From a virus (taxonomy: Duplodnaviria; Caudoviricetes): a stretch of 64,000 nt of DNA. Below, one piece after another: positions 40,766-50,253 of this stretch. The stretch lies in IMG/VR virus record IMGVR_UViG_3300031851_000001; one strand, 5' to 3'. A program made the translations under genes and the position numbers. The stretch's first letter is position 1, and the number at the start of each line of letters is the position of its first letter. The notes beneath the pieces were generated by a model. That model searched no databases and had not been told where the DNA came from. It was given only the letters and a program-made list of their open reading frames with translations.

Positions 40766-41170
40766 TTACCTAGTAACACCGCCAGTCGTTAACCTCGCTC
40801 GAATGCTTTTCATATCCTCAGCAGAAAGTGCTTTAAGGTATAGTTTTGCTATTGTTCTGTTGCATTGATATACTTCTTGTATAGTATCGAGATCATCGCT
40901 CTTGGCTGCCTTTGGCCATTTGCTAAATCGTTTACGTTTTCTAAACGCACCACGATAATAATCAAATTGAGCTTTATGTGGTAAATGGGCACGCATATTC
41001 ATTTCGTTAGCATGTAGTATTGTATCCTCAAAGTTTACGAACCCGCGGTTAATAATATATGGCACATATAGATTTTCTGCCATTTCTGGATTTTCATGGT
41101 TACCAATTAGATCTTCCTTAGAGAAAGATGCGGCATTCATAAAATCAAAAGGTGTTATTTCTTTCGGCAA
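40766..41170 (-). CDS. gp62: Clamp loader small subunit gp62
   Basis: YVPYIINRGF...HANEMN...QFDYY....RKRKRFSKW. Confidence 0.92.
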   Translation of the reverse strand: MPKEITPFDFMNAASFSKEDLIGNHENPEMAENLYVPYIINRGFVNFEDTILHANEMNMRAHLPHKAQFDYYRGAFRKRKRFSKWPKAAKSDDLDTIQEVYQCNRTIAKLYLKALSAEDMKSIRARLTTGGVTR

Positions 41171-41351
41171 TTGTTTCCTCCAAATCTTTTAACATATCAT
41201 CAAACTCTTCAGCACAGGTTTTACACATTTTAAAATTTAATGGTCCATCCGCAGTGTCGACGTCAACGCTGTATATTTCTTTCTTATTCATCAACGTCTG
41301 ACAGTGCCAACACTTATGCATTCCTACAAGTCTGTTAATCCACTCACTCAT
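41145..41351 (-). CDS. Small CxxC...CxxC zinc-ribbon-like protein
   Basis: CWHC and CKTC pairs; overlaps both gp44 and gp62. Confidence 0.6.
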   Translation of the reverse strand: MSEWINRLVGMHKCWHCQTLMNKKEIYSVDVDTADGPLNFKMCKTCAEEFDDMLKDLEETIAERNNTF

Positions 41352-42301
41352 TTATATTCAGCCTCAATCATTACTTCTGTAAGGAAAGCAACCATGTTAA
41401 CTTCGAGATCAGCAACAAAATTAGCCTTATACATATAGTCAGCCATCGTTACTACAAATCCGGGAAGTGAACGCATTTCAACTTTATCAGCTGCCATATC
41501 ATAGATCCGACGGAACATTTCATTCATATCCTGATCTGAGTTATTAGCAACCCATTTGCGCATGTTAGTAAAGTCTTTAGATTTCAATAAACGGAATACT
41601 TCATCAAGTGACTCTTGTTTTAGATTAACAAAGATACCTTCATCAATTCTACCTGAGGCAGCGTATGATTGTAACTCAGTTAGTACGCGACGGAAATCTG
41701 GAAAGTGTTTTTGGATTACCTTAGCCACTACAGCTTTATCGTAATCAATGTTTTCCATACCTAGGATTGTTTCAACTCTTTTCATAAACTGCATAGCTAG
41801 CTTAGGACGGTCGCTGGTTTCAATACTAAAATCAACTTCTGATAATCGAGATCGCAGAGGTTGAATGATACGGTTTTTAAAGTTACATGTGAATATAAAT
41901 CCACAGTTAGAGGAATATTCTTCAATAAAGTTACGTAAAGCTGGTTGGACATTTGCAGCGTTTAGGTAATCAGCTTCATCAAAGATAACATATTTACGAC
42001 CACCACTAAGGGATACAGCCGAGGCATATGTAGAAATATCATAACGAAGAGTATCAATGTTAACGTTCAATGAACCATTCTTTACAATATAATCACAACC
42101 CATTTCTTCAAGCATAGCTTTTGCGATGGTTGTTTTGCCTACACCGGGACCACCAGACAACAATAAGTTTGGTACACTATCATCAGTGACAAACTTTTTA
42201 AACATTGCTTTGGTTTTTTCAGGTAGGATAGTCTCGTCAATTTTCTGAGGACGATATCGTTCAACCCAGAGGACTTCGTTTGCTTTAGCATCAATAGACA
42301 T
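41348..42301 (-). CDS. gp44: Clamp loader large subunit gp44
   Basis: WVERYRP, Walker A GGPGVGKTT, DEAD, SRC-like LRSRL, FPDFRR. Confidence 0.97.
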   Translation of the reverse strand: MSIDAKANEVLWVERYRPQKIDETILPEKTKAMFKKFVTDDSVPNLLLSGGPGVGKTTIAKAMLEEMGCDYIVKNGSLNVNIDTLRYDISTYASAVSLSGGRKYVIFDEADYLNAANVQPALRNFIEEYSSNCGFIFTCNFKNRIIQPLRSRLSEVDFSIETSDRPKLAMQFMKRVETILGMENIDYDKAVVAKVIQKHFPDFRRVLTELQSYAASGRIDEGIFVNLKQESLDEVFRLLKSKDFTNMRKWVANNSDQDMNEMFRRIYDMAADKVEMRSLPGFVVTMADYMYKANFVADLEVNMVAFLTEVMIEAEYK

Positions 42302-42362
42302 ATTGTCTCCATAATATAAAAATAAAGTGCAGGTTTATAACGAGAGCCTGCGTCGTTTACTA

Positions 42363-42620
42363 TTACTGAACTTTGTCAGCTAGTGGCGCATCTTCTGGTA
42401 CATTAGCAGGTGCTTCAACCGGCATATTACCTTGAGGTGCTTCACCTTGTGGTGCATTTTGTTGTAGGAACATTTCAAATTTATTTCGTAACATTCCGAT
42501 GCCTGCGAGTTCGTTACCCGCAATGCCACCACGACGACTGACTACGTCAATCATTTGAACTACTGTCGCAATGTCTTGCAACGATAGGTTGATTTGTTCT
42601 TGTTCTTGTTGTTCGCTCAT
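42363..42620 (-). CDS. Conserved hypothetical protein between gp45 and gp44
   Basis: LSLQDIATVVQMIDVVSRRGGIAGNEL motif. Confidence 0.75.
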   Translation of the reverse strand: MSEQQEQEQINLSLQDIATVVQMIDVVSRRGGIAGNELAGIGMLRNKFEMFLQQNAPQGEAPQGNMPVEAPANVPEDAPLADKVQ

Positions 42621-42626
42621 GTTATA

Positions 42627-43289
42627 TTATCCTTTTTTATAAGTCGACTTAGTATCAATCGCTACATAATAAGTAGCGTCGGTTCCCTTAAACTCAGAGA
42701 TACCCTTTGCGCAAAGAGTAACATGGTAATCCTGAGCCAAGAGTTTAAGATTATCTGTTTTGATAATAACCTTAAATTCATCTGAGGTTGCGCCAATCTC
42801 TACGCCATAATCATCAGCACCTTGGTCAGCGCTGTCAATAGCTTTGAGATAAACTTTACCCTCACTACCAACGAATGCAATTTCTTTGAATTGAAGTACG
42901 CCGGCAGCTTTAATTACTGATTGCATATCATCCCAAGATACATCAACAACCACATCCTTCGTAGGAAGGTCAATCTCTTTTTCTGGGGCTGCGTGGATCA
43001 TTGAAATGTCGGCGAACGCGTATTTGGTGCGCTGTTTGCCTTCTGCAATTGTAAAGTATTTATCATGGAATTCTACGTCAGGATCTTTATAAAGACCTAG
43101 AATTGATAGAAAACGTGATAGATCATAGATACATGCCTGTGACGGAATGCTATCTGTAATCGTGGCTTTTGCCACAAGTGTTTTTTCTGGTGTAATAGTC
43201 TTTAGTACATTGCCTTCCTTCATAAGGATAGACTTGTTGATTGTGGAAAAACTCTTAAGAATAGTAAGAGTGCGTTCAGAAAATTTCAT
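42627..43289 (-). CDS. gp45: Sliding clamp gp45 (start reassigned to MKFSERT)
   Basis: MKFSERTLTILKSFSTINKSI...IYDLSRFLSIL; GGAG RBS upstream of ATG 43289. Confidence 0.95.
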   Translation of the reverse strand: MKFSERTLTILKSFSTINKSILMKEGNVLKTITPEKTLVAKATITDSIPSQACIYDLSRFLSILGLYKDPDVEFHDKYFTIAEGKQRTKYAFADISMIHAAPEKEIDLPTKDVVVDVSWDDMQSVIKAAGVLQFKEIAFVGSEGKVYLKAIDSADQGADDYGVEIGATSDEFKVIIKTDNLKLLAQDYHVTLCAKGISEFKGTDATYYVAIDTKSTYKKG

Positions 43290-43321
43290 TATGTAAGTGC
43301 TCCATTGTTTATATAATATTA

Positions 43322-43350
43322 ATAATATCACAACTATCGTTGTATGTCAA
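43322..43350 (-). promoter_or_regulatory. Sigma70-type promoter for the gp45 operon
   Basis: TTGACA-N17-TATTAT with TGTG extended -10. Confidence 0.75.
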
Positions 43351-44211
43351 CTATTTTTTACCTTTGTATGTTTTTTGGTTTGAAGATTTATCCGCTGTTG
43401 CTGATAAACCCAGTGATCCAATTGCTCCCATGTTACCTTTAAAGATATACGAACCAATATGGTTGATTTGCATCCAAGGACACATCCATACCTTCATACC
43501 AGCTTCACGCGCTTTTTGACAAAAGAAGTAATCTTCACTCAAATAACGTTTGGTTCTGGGATCAATAATACAATCAAAGTAAGCCATAATTTCGTTAGAT
43601 CCGTCAAACTTTTCAGTTCTTGCATGATCTGGTTTATAACTATACTCTGGGTATGCTGCTTTGTATGTTTCAAATGTTTTTCGTGGAATACACATAAAGC
43701 CTGTACCACCTTCGCCAATTTCTAATGGCTGTGATAGTTGAAAGCTTGACATTTTATCAACTGGATTAAAAACATAATCAGCAGTGTATTGGTCTAATAG
43801 GAACGGGTTTTCATCGGCTTTACCTAGTTCAGCAGCTCGAGCAACCTTTTCCCATGCGATTGTTTTCTTAGGGTATGGACCTGTAACGATATTGTATTTT
43901 TCTGGATCTGATACTTGTACTGCAATCATACCAAAAATATCTCTTGGATCAAAAGCAATATCCGAATCAATAAACACTAAGTGAGTACAATCCGATCTCA
44001 TAAACTCATCGGCAACATAGTTACGTGCTCGTTGAATTAAACTTTCATTAAACAAATAGTAAAACTTTACAGTAATACCATTAGCTGCGCACATCATTGC
44101 AAGATCGGTACATGATTTAGTAAACGATCCACTGCAATTCCCTCCATACATTGGCGTCCCAATAAAGATTTTATATTGTTTTAGTTCGTCAACGCTGATT
44201 TCAATTTTCAT
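43351..44211 (-). CDS. GT-A fold glycosyltransferase-like protein
   Basis: IGTPMYGG, NESLIQRARN, DxD motif FIDSDI, YLSEDYFFC, C-terminal HIG. Confidence 0.75.
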   Translation of the reverse strand: MKIEISVDELKQYKIFIGTPMYGGNCSGSFTKSCTDLAMMCAANGITVKFYYLFNESLIQRARNYVADEFMRSDCTHLVFIDSDIAFDPRDIFGMIAVQVSDPEKYNIVTGPYPKKTIAWEKVARAAELGKADENPFLLDQYTADYVFNPVDKMSSFQLSQPLEIGEGGTGFMCIPRKTFETYKAAYPEYSYKPDHARTEKFDGSNEIMAYFDCIIDPRTKRYLSEDYFFCQKAREAGMKVWMCPWMQINHIGSYIFKGNMGAIGSLGLSATADKSSNQKTYKGKK

Positions 44212-44843
44212 ATTTCAATTTGCTCCAAATCGTTTTCTGCACGTGTAATGGCTTGAAGTCGCAGAATGTCTGCAGCCACGTCGTGTTTACTATCATGTGC
44301 TTTAAAATTATATTCCCATTTAGCAGTATTAGATACAGGAACAAAACCATTTATTTTAGGGAAATCAAACTTGGCATCAATAAATGTACGAGTATCACGT
44401 ACAGCCCAATACTTAAGGTAATCATTCATAAGTGAAGTCTTATTTGCGTATTGTGCTAATCTCTCTAGTATTACTGGATCAAAAGAATTAGATCTTGACC
44501 ACCATCGCTCAACCTTATTAGATGATCTTAAATAGTCAATTAACTTTTCCATAAATTGAACTGGTGTAAGATCGTTTTCTGATGGTTTTAGATTAACTCT
44601 TAATGCAGGTGGTTGGTCAAGCCACCATTGTAAATCACGATCGTTATATTTACATCCGTGGTTTTGTACTTGGTCTTTAATATTAAACTTAGCTTGTTGC
44701 ATGCCAAGTACCAACTCTTTAAAAGAATATGGATTTTCTGTAAATCGACTCCAATCAAAGGTCGTGTACGAGCAATCAATCGCTGGTACCTCGCGTGAGT
44801 TTTGACCAATGGTTTCGAAGTCAATAATAAAGTGTGTGCTCAT
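44208..44843 (-). CDS. dexA: DexA-like 3'-5' exonuclease (DEDDh)
   Basis: IIDFET, WSRSNSFDPVIL, WAVRDTRT, HDSKHDVAADI. Confidence 0.85.
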   Translation of the reverse strand: MSTHFIIDFETIGQNSREVPAIDCSYTTFDWSRFTENPYSFKELVLGMQQAKFNIKDQVQNHGCKYNDRDLQWWLDQPPALRVNLKPSENDLTPVQFMEKLIDYLRSSNKVERWWSRSNSFDPVILERLAQYANKTSLMNDYLKYWAVRDTRTFIDAKFDFPKINGFVPVSNTAKWEYNFKAHDSKHDVAADILRLQAITRAENDLEQIEI

Positions 44844-46045
44844 TATATAAATGCCTCTAGTGTATCTGCTTTAGTAATATAGTCGGCCTTCTGACTATGA
44901 TTATACTGCATAATGTAGTCCGTGTCAACCATTTTTGCGTTACCTTCAATATATTTTTTCACTTCGCCTGCCATGTCTTTTGCAGTTTGAACTGGAACGT
45001 TTTGGCAAATATGGTTAGATGATTGCTTTGGATTAAGCAATTCAAAGTCTTGTGGCAATCCCATAATAGTCATAGCTTCTCTATATGTAATGAAACGATC
45101 TTCATCTGGGTGTGTTAACATTTTAGGATAATGTCCAACAAAAGCACCAATATAATCTTTAGGAATAGTTACACCACGTTTCATAATGTTACCACCTGAT
45201 TTTAGCTTTTCATATTTACGCATAGATTTTTCAGCTTCGTTATCATAGCCATGCTTAGCCATCCATTCAGAAACCTGTTTAAAGTTATATCCATTACGTT
45301 CAATATATGTAAATACACATAAACCAGATTTAGTAAACTGATTGTCAACTAATTCAGAATGTTCTTTGTGTGTTCTACCACCATGTATCTCTTCTAAAAC
45401 AAACTTATAGTAAGGATTATCTGATGGAGTCTTATTACTGATTGGTTCCATTTGAAAGTTTGATGTTACCTCACGTATTACTTCTTCAATAGGTTTGTGT
45501 GGTCTATTGAAATATCCAAGCAATGGTGTTTGTGTATCTTTCCAAAAGAAATAAAACGAACGCTCACGTACTTGTGGTGCGCCATGTAATAGAGATCTTG
45601 TTCTATATACAGACATGGTGTAACCGTTTTTCTTACCAATTTCTCTTAATTGGGCTCTAACGTTTGTACCAATTTTACCTGCAAATGCTGGAGCATTCTC
45701 ACCCCAGAACACTTTTGGTTTATATTCGCCTAAGATATATTCTGCAGTCTTTCCCATCCACTGGTTATTTGGATTATGATCGCCATAACCGTGAGACATC
45801 ATAGATAAACCAGCACACGGACAAACAGATGATACCACATCAGCTCTTTCATTTACAGGTGGTGCTTCGCCTTGGTCCAACAGATAATAATTAATTCTAT
45901 TATCATAATAATTTAAAATGTGGCTATCGTTTGCTTGAAAACCATCGTACGACATAAAGTGTAGTGGTTCAGTTCCAAATGCTTGTTGTGATCCAATAGT
46001 TTCGCCACCAATTAATGGAACAATAGATGCGTGTGTAATACTCAT
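44843..46045 (-). CDS. DNA cytosine-C5 methyltransferase homologue
   Basis: Catalytic CPCAGLS, motif VI GENA, motif VIII GAPQVRER, motif IX RFITYREA; motifs I and X are divergent (IVPLIGG, CQNVP). Confidence 0.85.
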   Translation of the reverse strand: MSITHASIVPLIGGETIGSQQAFGTEPLHFMSYDGFQANDSHILNYYDNRINYYLLDQGEAPPVNERADVVSSVCPCAGLSMMSHGYGDHNPNNQWMGKTAEYILGEYKPKVFWGENAPAFAGKIGTNVRAQLREIGKKNGYTMSVYRTRSLLHGAPQVRERSFYFFWKDTQTPLLGYFNRPHKPIEEVIREVTSNFQMEPISNKTPSDNPYYKFVLEEIHGGRTHKEHSELVDNQFTKSGLCVFTYIERNGYNFKQVSEWMAKHGYDNEAEKSMRKYEKLKSGGNIMKRGVTIPKDYIGAFVGHYPKMLTHPDEDRFITYREAMTIMGLPQDFELLNPKQSSNHICQNVPVQTAKDMAGEVKKYIEGNAKMVDTDYIMQYNHSQKADYITKADTLEAFI

Positions 46046-46062
46046 TATTTACCTTTCTGATA

Positions 46063-47316
46063 TTAGAAGAATGACTCTAAGCCAATCGTTGGCTTTTCTG
46101 GAATTGGAAATTCTTCTAAGTTTGGCGCAACATAATTTGGATTTATGCTGGTCATAATCTTATTATTGAGGAATGTACCGTCATAATATTCTGGTTTTAA
46201 AATTGTTTTTTGTAGTAGTTCTAACAAATGATTATATTTTGCTGGATCGTCCTTTAACATTTGAATACGCTCAGCTAATTGTTCTGGAGATTTAACTCTT
46301 AGAAAATCAGGAATATTTGTATGTCTTTGCTCGTCGTAAGTTGGATGTAAAAATGGAATTACACCAGCGTGGATCATTTCAATATATTTTGAAGTTACCC
46401 AACCTTTTTTAATTGGAATGATAAAAGTAAATTTAACATCTTGTAGTTTTTCTTGCAGCGCGTCAATTTTAAGCGATCCTTTAAACCGCGTATCACCTTC
46501 CATAATTTCTTCTGACCATTTGCCATAAATGTCAACATCCTCATTATGGTCGAGGATCCATTCTTTTAACAATTTATAACGCGATGGTTTGCCTTCGTTT
46601 AATACAATCATAAAGTCTGTATTACGATTTCTATTTATGTCCGTTCCATGTTCGTAATCTAAACAAAAAGCTGTTTCCATACCTGCATATACAGATTTAA
46701 CTGATATTGGTGTACGTGTTTGGTCTTCATACGAATTAATTTTATTTGAAATATATTCATAATCGTATTGACCAAGTGACATTGTTGGTGGATGCATCAT
46801 ATCTCTGGCTTGATTCATAACATACCGTGGATCATTTACAATTTCAACATAGTTTGGTCTACAATCATTTAACCACGATGTAATACCAGTCGTATAACCT
46901 TTTGTCATATCAAGTACTGTTGATATTTGAGTTGCGTCGTTTACTTTAACAATTCTATCGGGTATCGTAACAGAACCAACTTGACCAACCATTAGTACAG
47001 TATAATCAAGTTCAATATTATTATTTTTGAGATAGTTTTTTACATGGTCATAATAATCTTGGTTGTAATGCTCAGGTCCAATAGACCTTTTGTTCCAAAC
47101 ATCTACTACGTTGTTATATGGAAATAATTCGTATTGCTCTGCTTCATTTAAATAACCATAATCAGTACGTCCAATAATATGGAATGTAATATCTGGGTTA
47201 AGGTTTGCTAATGCGCGTAGCGTACAGCTTGCCTCGTTGTCGCCACCAATTGGCGAATATTTATTTCTCTGGAACTTTACCGATTTGCCAAGTTTTCCAA
47301 ATCCAATGTGTTTCAT
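46063..47316 (-). CDS. DNA beta-glucosyltransferase-like glycosyltransferase (GT-B)
   Basis: WVTSKYIEMIHAGVIPFLHPTYDEQRH...LRVKSPEQLAERIQMLK parallels the recalled C-terminus of T4 BGT (ITLRVWETMAS..VMLID.EFDTKHRI...VNNRAELIDRVNELK); N-terminal MKHIGFGKLG. Confidence 0.7.
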   Translation of the reverse strand: MKHIGFGKLGKSVKFQRNKYSPIGGDNEASCTLRALANLNPDITFHIIGRTDYGYLNEAEQYELFPYNNVVDVWNKRSIGPEHYNQDYYDHVKNYLKNNNIELDYTVLMVGQVGSVTIPDRIVKVNDATQISTVLDMTKGYTTGITSWLNDCRPNYVEIVNDPRYVMNQARDMMHPPTMSLGQYDYEYISNKINSYEDQTRTPISVKSVYAGMETAFCLDYEHGTDINRNRNTDFMIVLNEGKPSRYKLLKEWILDHNEDVDIYGKWSEEIMEGDTRFKGSLKIDALQEKLQDVKFTFIIPIKKGWVTSKYIEMIHAGVIPFLHPTYDEQRHTNIPDFLRVKSPEQLAERIQMLKDDPAKYNHLLELLQKTILKPEYYDGTFLNNKIMTSINPNYVAPNLEEFPIPEKPTIGLESFF

Positions 47317-47319
47317 AAT

Positions 47320-47679
47320 CTAATCCTTCATCAATTCTATAAACGTATAGGGAAGCATGGCCTTGTCATCAATATAGTAAACACCATATGGTTTACCGTA
47401 TTGTATTTCATCGTAAGGTACTTTATGCTCATTTAACCACGTTGTAGTAATATCACCAACATCCTCTATGACTTTATTTATGTCTCCACGATGAGTCAAC
47501 ATTCTTCGCGCAGTACTAATAACAATTTTATATTCAAGCTTTTTTGCTTTAGTAAGTGCTTCTATCATTTCAGGGATTGGCTGTGCTAATCCATATTTTC
47601 TATATGTATCCTTTTCGTCATGATTAGGAATACATATAGTATCGTCTAAATCAACGACTAATGTTTTTTGCGTAGTCAT
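47320..47679 (-). CDS. HAD-superfamily phosphatase (EcbF/BcbF capsule-biosynthesis type)
   Basis: VDLDDTI, ISTARRM, WLNEHKVPYDEIQYGKP, YYIDDKA. Confidence 0.85.
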   Translation of the reverse strand: MTTQKTLVVDLDDTICIPNHDEKDTYRKYGLAQPIPEMIEALTKAKKLEYKIVISTARRMLTHRGDINKVIEDVGDITTTWLNEHKVPYDEIQYGKPYGVYYIDDKAMLPYTFIELMKD

Positions 47680-49120
47680 TTACGTAATCTTTCATTCTTT
47701 GTTGTCTGTCTGGACAATCATAGTGTAATTTAATGCAGGTAGCAATCAATAAAGCACCACCATCAATTATTTCATTATATACCGTCGGATAGTATTTGTC
47801 AACTAGTTTACTAAATGACCAGGAAACATAATCAGGATATTTGTTTCCTGTAACTAATTCAGAATAGCCATGATATAAGTCATGTGATAGTTTACACATA
47901 TCATATAAGTAATCACCACCGCAGCCAACATGGTCTCCGTACGAACCGCGAGGATCAAGCAATGTGATACTATCATTATATGGATTATATAGAATATTAC
48001 CAAAGTGTAAATCGCCATGCATTGCCGAAACAGGTTCAGCTTTATCAAGGCAGCGTTGTGCGACACCGTTATAAAAATCTTTAGAACATGTTAGACGTTC
48101 CGATGTTTTATTGACCCACATCTTTTCAGCATTATCATGGAAGTCAGCAGTAAATTCTAATGTGGCTTTACCATGGAAGTGAGTACGCATAGCCAGAATA
48201 ACTTTTTCAATTAAGTAATCAATAGTACTATTAGAAATCTCTTCGTGTGCAAACAAATCAGATAATAGAATTCCTGACTCGTATGACATTGACAATGCGT
48301 AATCGTCTTTAAGAATTTTAGGAACAAACATACTCTGAACTGGATTGAGAGTTTCAAACCAATTCTTTTCGTTCATAATTGTTCTTACAGCAAATGTATT
48401 GTTATGAGATGGTATTTTAGTAATGGCGTTGATGTCTGATCTATATTCAAACGAATTAAACTCACGTGCCTTAAATGTAAGGAACTCTGCACAAGTTTTA
48501 TGGTACGATGCGATATCGCCAATGTCATACCAACGATCAGTGTTTATATTATTAAAGGCACCATATAATTCAAGCGCATCGGATATTTCATAACCATCAG
48601 TATCATAAAAACAATCTGAAGCTTTTATCCCATCACTAAAACTATATAAACCGACAAGCGCGTCAGCATTTGGAACTGTGTTTTTTGGTTTATTAAAATA
48701 GTTGTTACCATCCCACATGCACCAAGCAAAGTGATCATCGACTTGTTTAGTTAATAGAAAATCAGAACCAAGTGGCAGCTCATCCTCAAGGATAATAGCA
48801 TCACCTAACCAAACAACAAGTGGCAATGATTTATCATCTAAGCTTTCAATACCAACTGATATAGCATCACGGGGACCATTAAGAGATCCCTGCTTTACGC
48901 ATTTAACTACATCGTATTTTTTAGCCCATTCTCTGATGTCATTATGTTTACCATCAACGACAACGATTTGGTTTATTCCTGTCGTATTATTATAAATGGA
49001 TTCAATAATATACTCGATAGTTGGTTTGCCGTGTACACGTACCATTGCCTTTGAACAGTTTGATGTTAACGGTTTAAGACGTGTGGCTTCACCTGCTGCC
49101 GGTATTACTATGTTTATCAT
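47651..49120 (-). CDS. Sugar nucleotidyltransferase fused to an APH/choline-kinase-like domain
   Basis: N-terminal VIPAAGEATRLKPLT...KAMVRVHGKP...WLGD; C-terminal HGDLHFGNIL...LLDPRG...DYLYDMCKL. Confidence 0.85.
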   Translation of the reverse strand: MINIVIPAAGEATRLKPLTSNCSKAMVRVHGKPTIEYIIESIYNNTTGINQIVVVDGKHNDIREWAKKYDVVKCVKQGSLNGPRDAISVGIESLDDKSLPLVVWLGDAIILEDELPLGSDFLLTKQVDDHFAWCMWDGNNYFNKPKNTVPNADALVGLYSFSDGIKASDCFYDTDGYEISDALELYGAFNNINTDRWYDIGDIASYHKTCAEFLTFKAREFNSFEYRSDINAITKIPSHNNTFAVRTIMNEKNWFETLNPVQSMFVPKILKDDYALSMSYESGILLSDLFAHEEISNSTIDYLIEKVILAMRTHFHGKATLEFTADFHDNAEKMWVNKTSERLTCSKDFYNGVAQRCLDKAEPVSAMHGDLHFGNILYNPYNDSITLLDPRGSYGDHVGCGGDYLYDMCKLSHDLYHGYSELVTGNKYPDYVSWSFSKLVDKYYPTVYNEIIDGGALLIATCIKLHYDCPDRQQRMKDYVNDYAKNISR

Positions 49121-49751
49121 AATTTAATTTCCATTCACTATATTCATCTTCTAACATTGCCCACTGGCAACGAGTGTATTTATGTTCCGCTGTCTTATCC
49201 CATATGATCCACATATAGGCAATCATACCACCAATTTGGTCTTTTTTATCAACAGGTTCTAATATGTTAGAATCAAATCTTACTCTGTCTGATAGATATA
49301 TTATATCACTAGGTGGGTTAGATGTAAACAGTTTATTTCGCTTCTTACCTTCAAGAAACGTTAAACGTAAAAACATTGCAGTGTAATCGTATTCGTCTGT
49401 CCATTTTTCTGCTAGTTTGCGTGGCAAATCTTTATGGTATGGAGGGTTAGTGATTACACCTTTAACGTCTTTATCTTTTGGTAACTCTAATGCGTCGTAT
49501 GGTGTATTTATGTTAGTGAGAGTATTAGGATATACGTTAAGGTCGTAGGATATAACATCGTGGCCATTACGTAAAAGCTCTGATGAAATATGCCCACGAC
49601 CAGCGCATGGCTCTATAACTTTATGCGGTACATTACCGTATTTACATAGAATATATGTTGCTAAGGGAGGAGTAGGATAAAAATCATTCACCGTTCTATT
49701 TGGATCATTCTTTTTAACGCCAACATATATGTCCGTTAAGTTATTCGCCAA
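49089..49751 (-). CDS. Amino (N6-A/N4-C) DNA methyltransferase
   Basis: DFYPTPP, EPCAGRGHIS, catalytic ITNPPY. Confidence 0.85.
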   Translation of the reverse strand: MANNLTDIYVGVKKNDPNRTVNDFYPTPPLATYILCKYGNVPHKVIEPCAGRGHISSELLRNGHDVISYDLNVYPNTLTNINTPYDALELPKDKDVKGVITNPPYHKDLPRKLAEKWTDEYDYTAMFLRLTFLEGKKRNKLFTSNPPSDIIYLSDRVRFDSNILEPVDKKDQIGGMIAYMWIIWDKTAEHKYTRCQWAMLEDEYSEWKLNYDKHSNTGSR

Positions 49752-50253
49752 GTGAAGTTACCCGTACATTTGCTTCTTTAAACATAGGTAAACTCTTTTC
49801 TTCCCATACCTTTTGCCAATCACCTTTAACACTTTTATCTGATGATATGACTACACGTTTAATACCCGCTTGAATAACAAGTTTGGTACAATCAGAACAT
49901 ATAGGTAATCCATATACGTATAAAGTAGAGTCTTTTAGTGATACACCGGCATATAACGCATTCATAAGTGCATTCATTTCAGCATGTACTACAAGACTAT
50001 GTTTGGTAGGACGATCGTTTAAACGATCTTCAGTATCTTCAATACCTTTTGGAAACCCATTATAGCCTGTAGCCAATATGCGTCTATCATCATTAACAGC
50101 AACACAACCAATTTTACTTGAAGGGTCTTTGCTCCAATCAGCGATCATAGTCGCTAATGACATAAAACGGTTATCCCATTTAAGGCGGTTTGTATCGTCT
50201 TCTTTCATTCGTCTTCCCATATAAGCATAATAGCTTTCCCTACTTGCACTCAT
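49741..50253 (-). CDS. cd: dCMP deaminase
   Basis: SKDPSSKIGCV, TGYNGFP, VHAEMNA, PICSDC. Confidence 0.95.
   Translation of the reverse strand: MSASRESYYAYMGRRMKEDDTNRLKWDNRFMSLATMIADWSKDPSSKIGCVAVNDDRRILATGYNGFPKGIEDTEDRLNDRPTKHSLVVHAEMNALMNALYAGVSLKDSTLYVYGLPICSDCTKLVIQAGIKRVVISSDKSVKGDWQKVWEEKSLPMFKEANVRVTSLGE

Noticed and set aside
42316-42352. GCAGG...CCTGC hairpin upstream of gp44
   Set aside because: Short stem with a large loop; cannot distinguish a weak terminator from chance.
42627-43331. ORF-track start for gp45
   Set aside because: The extension overlaps the promoter; the family N-terminus and RBS indicate ATG 43289.
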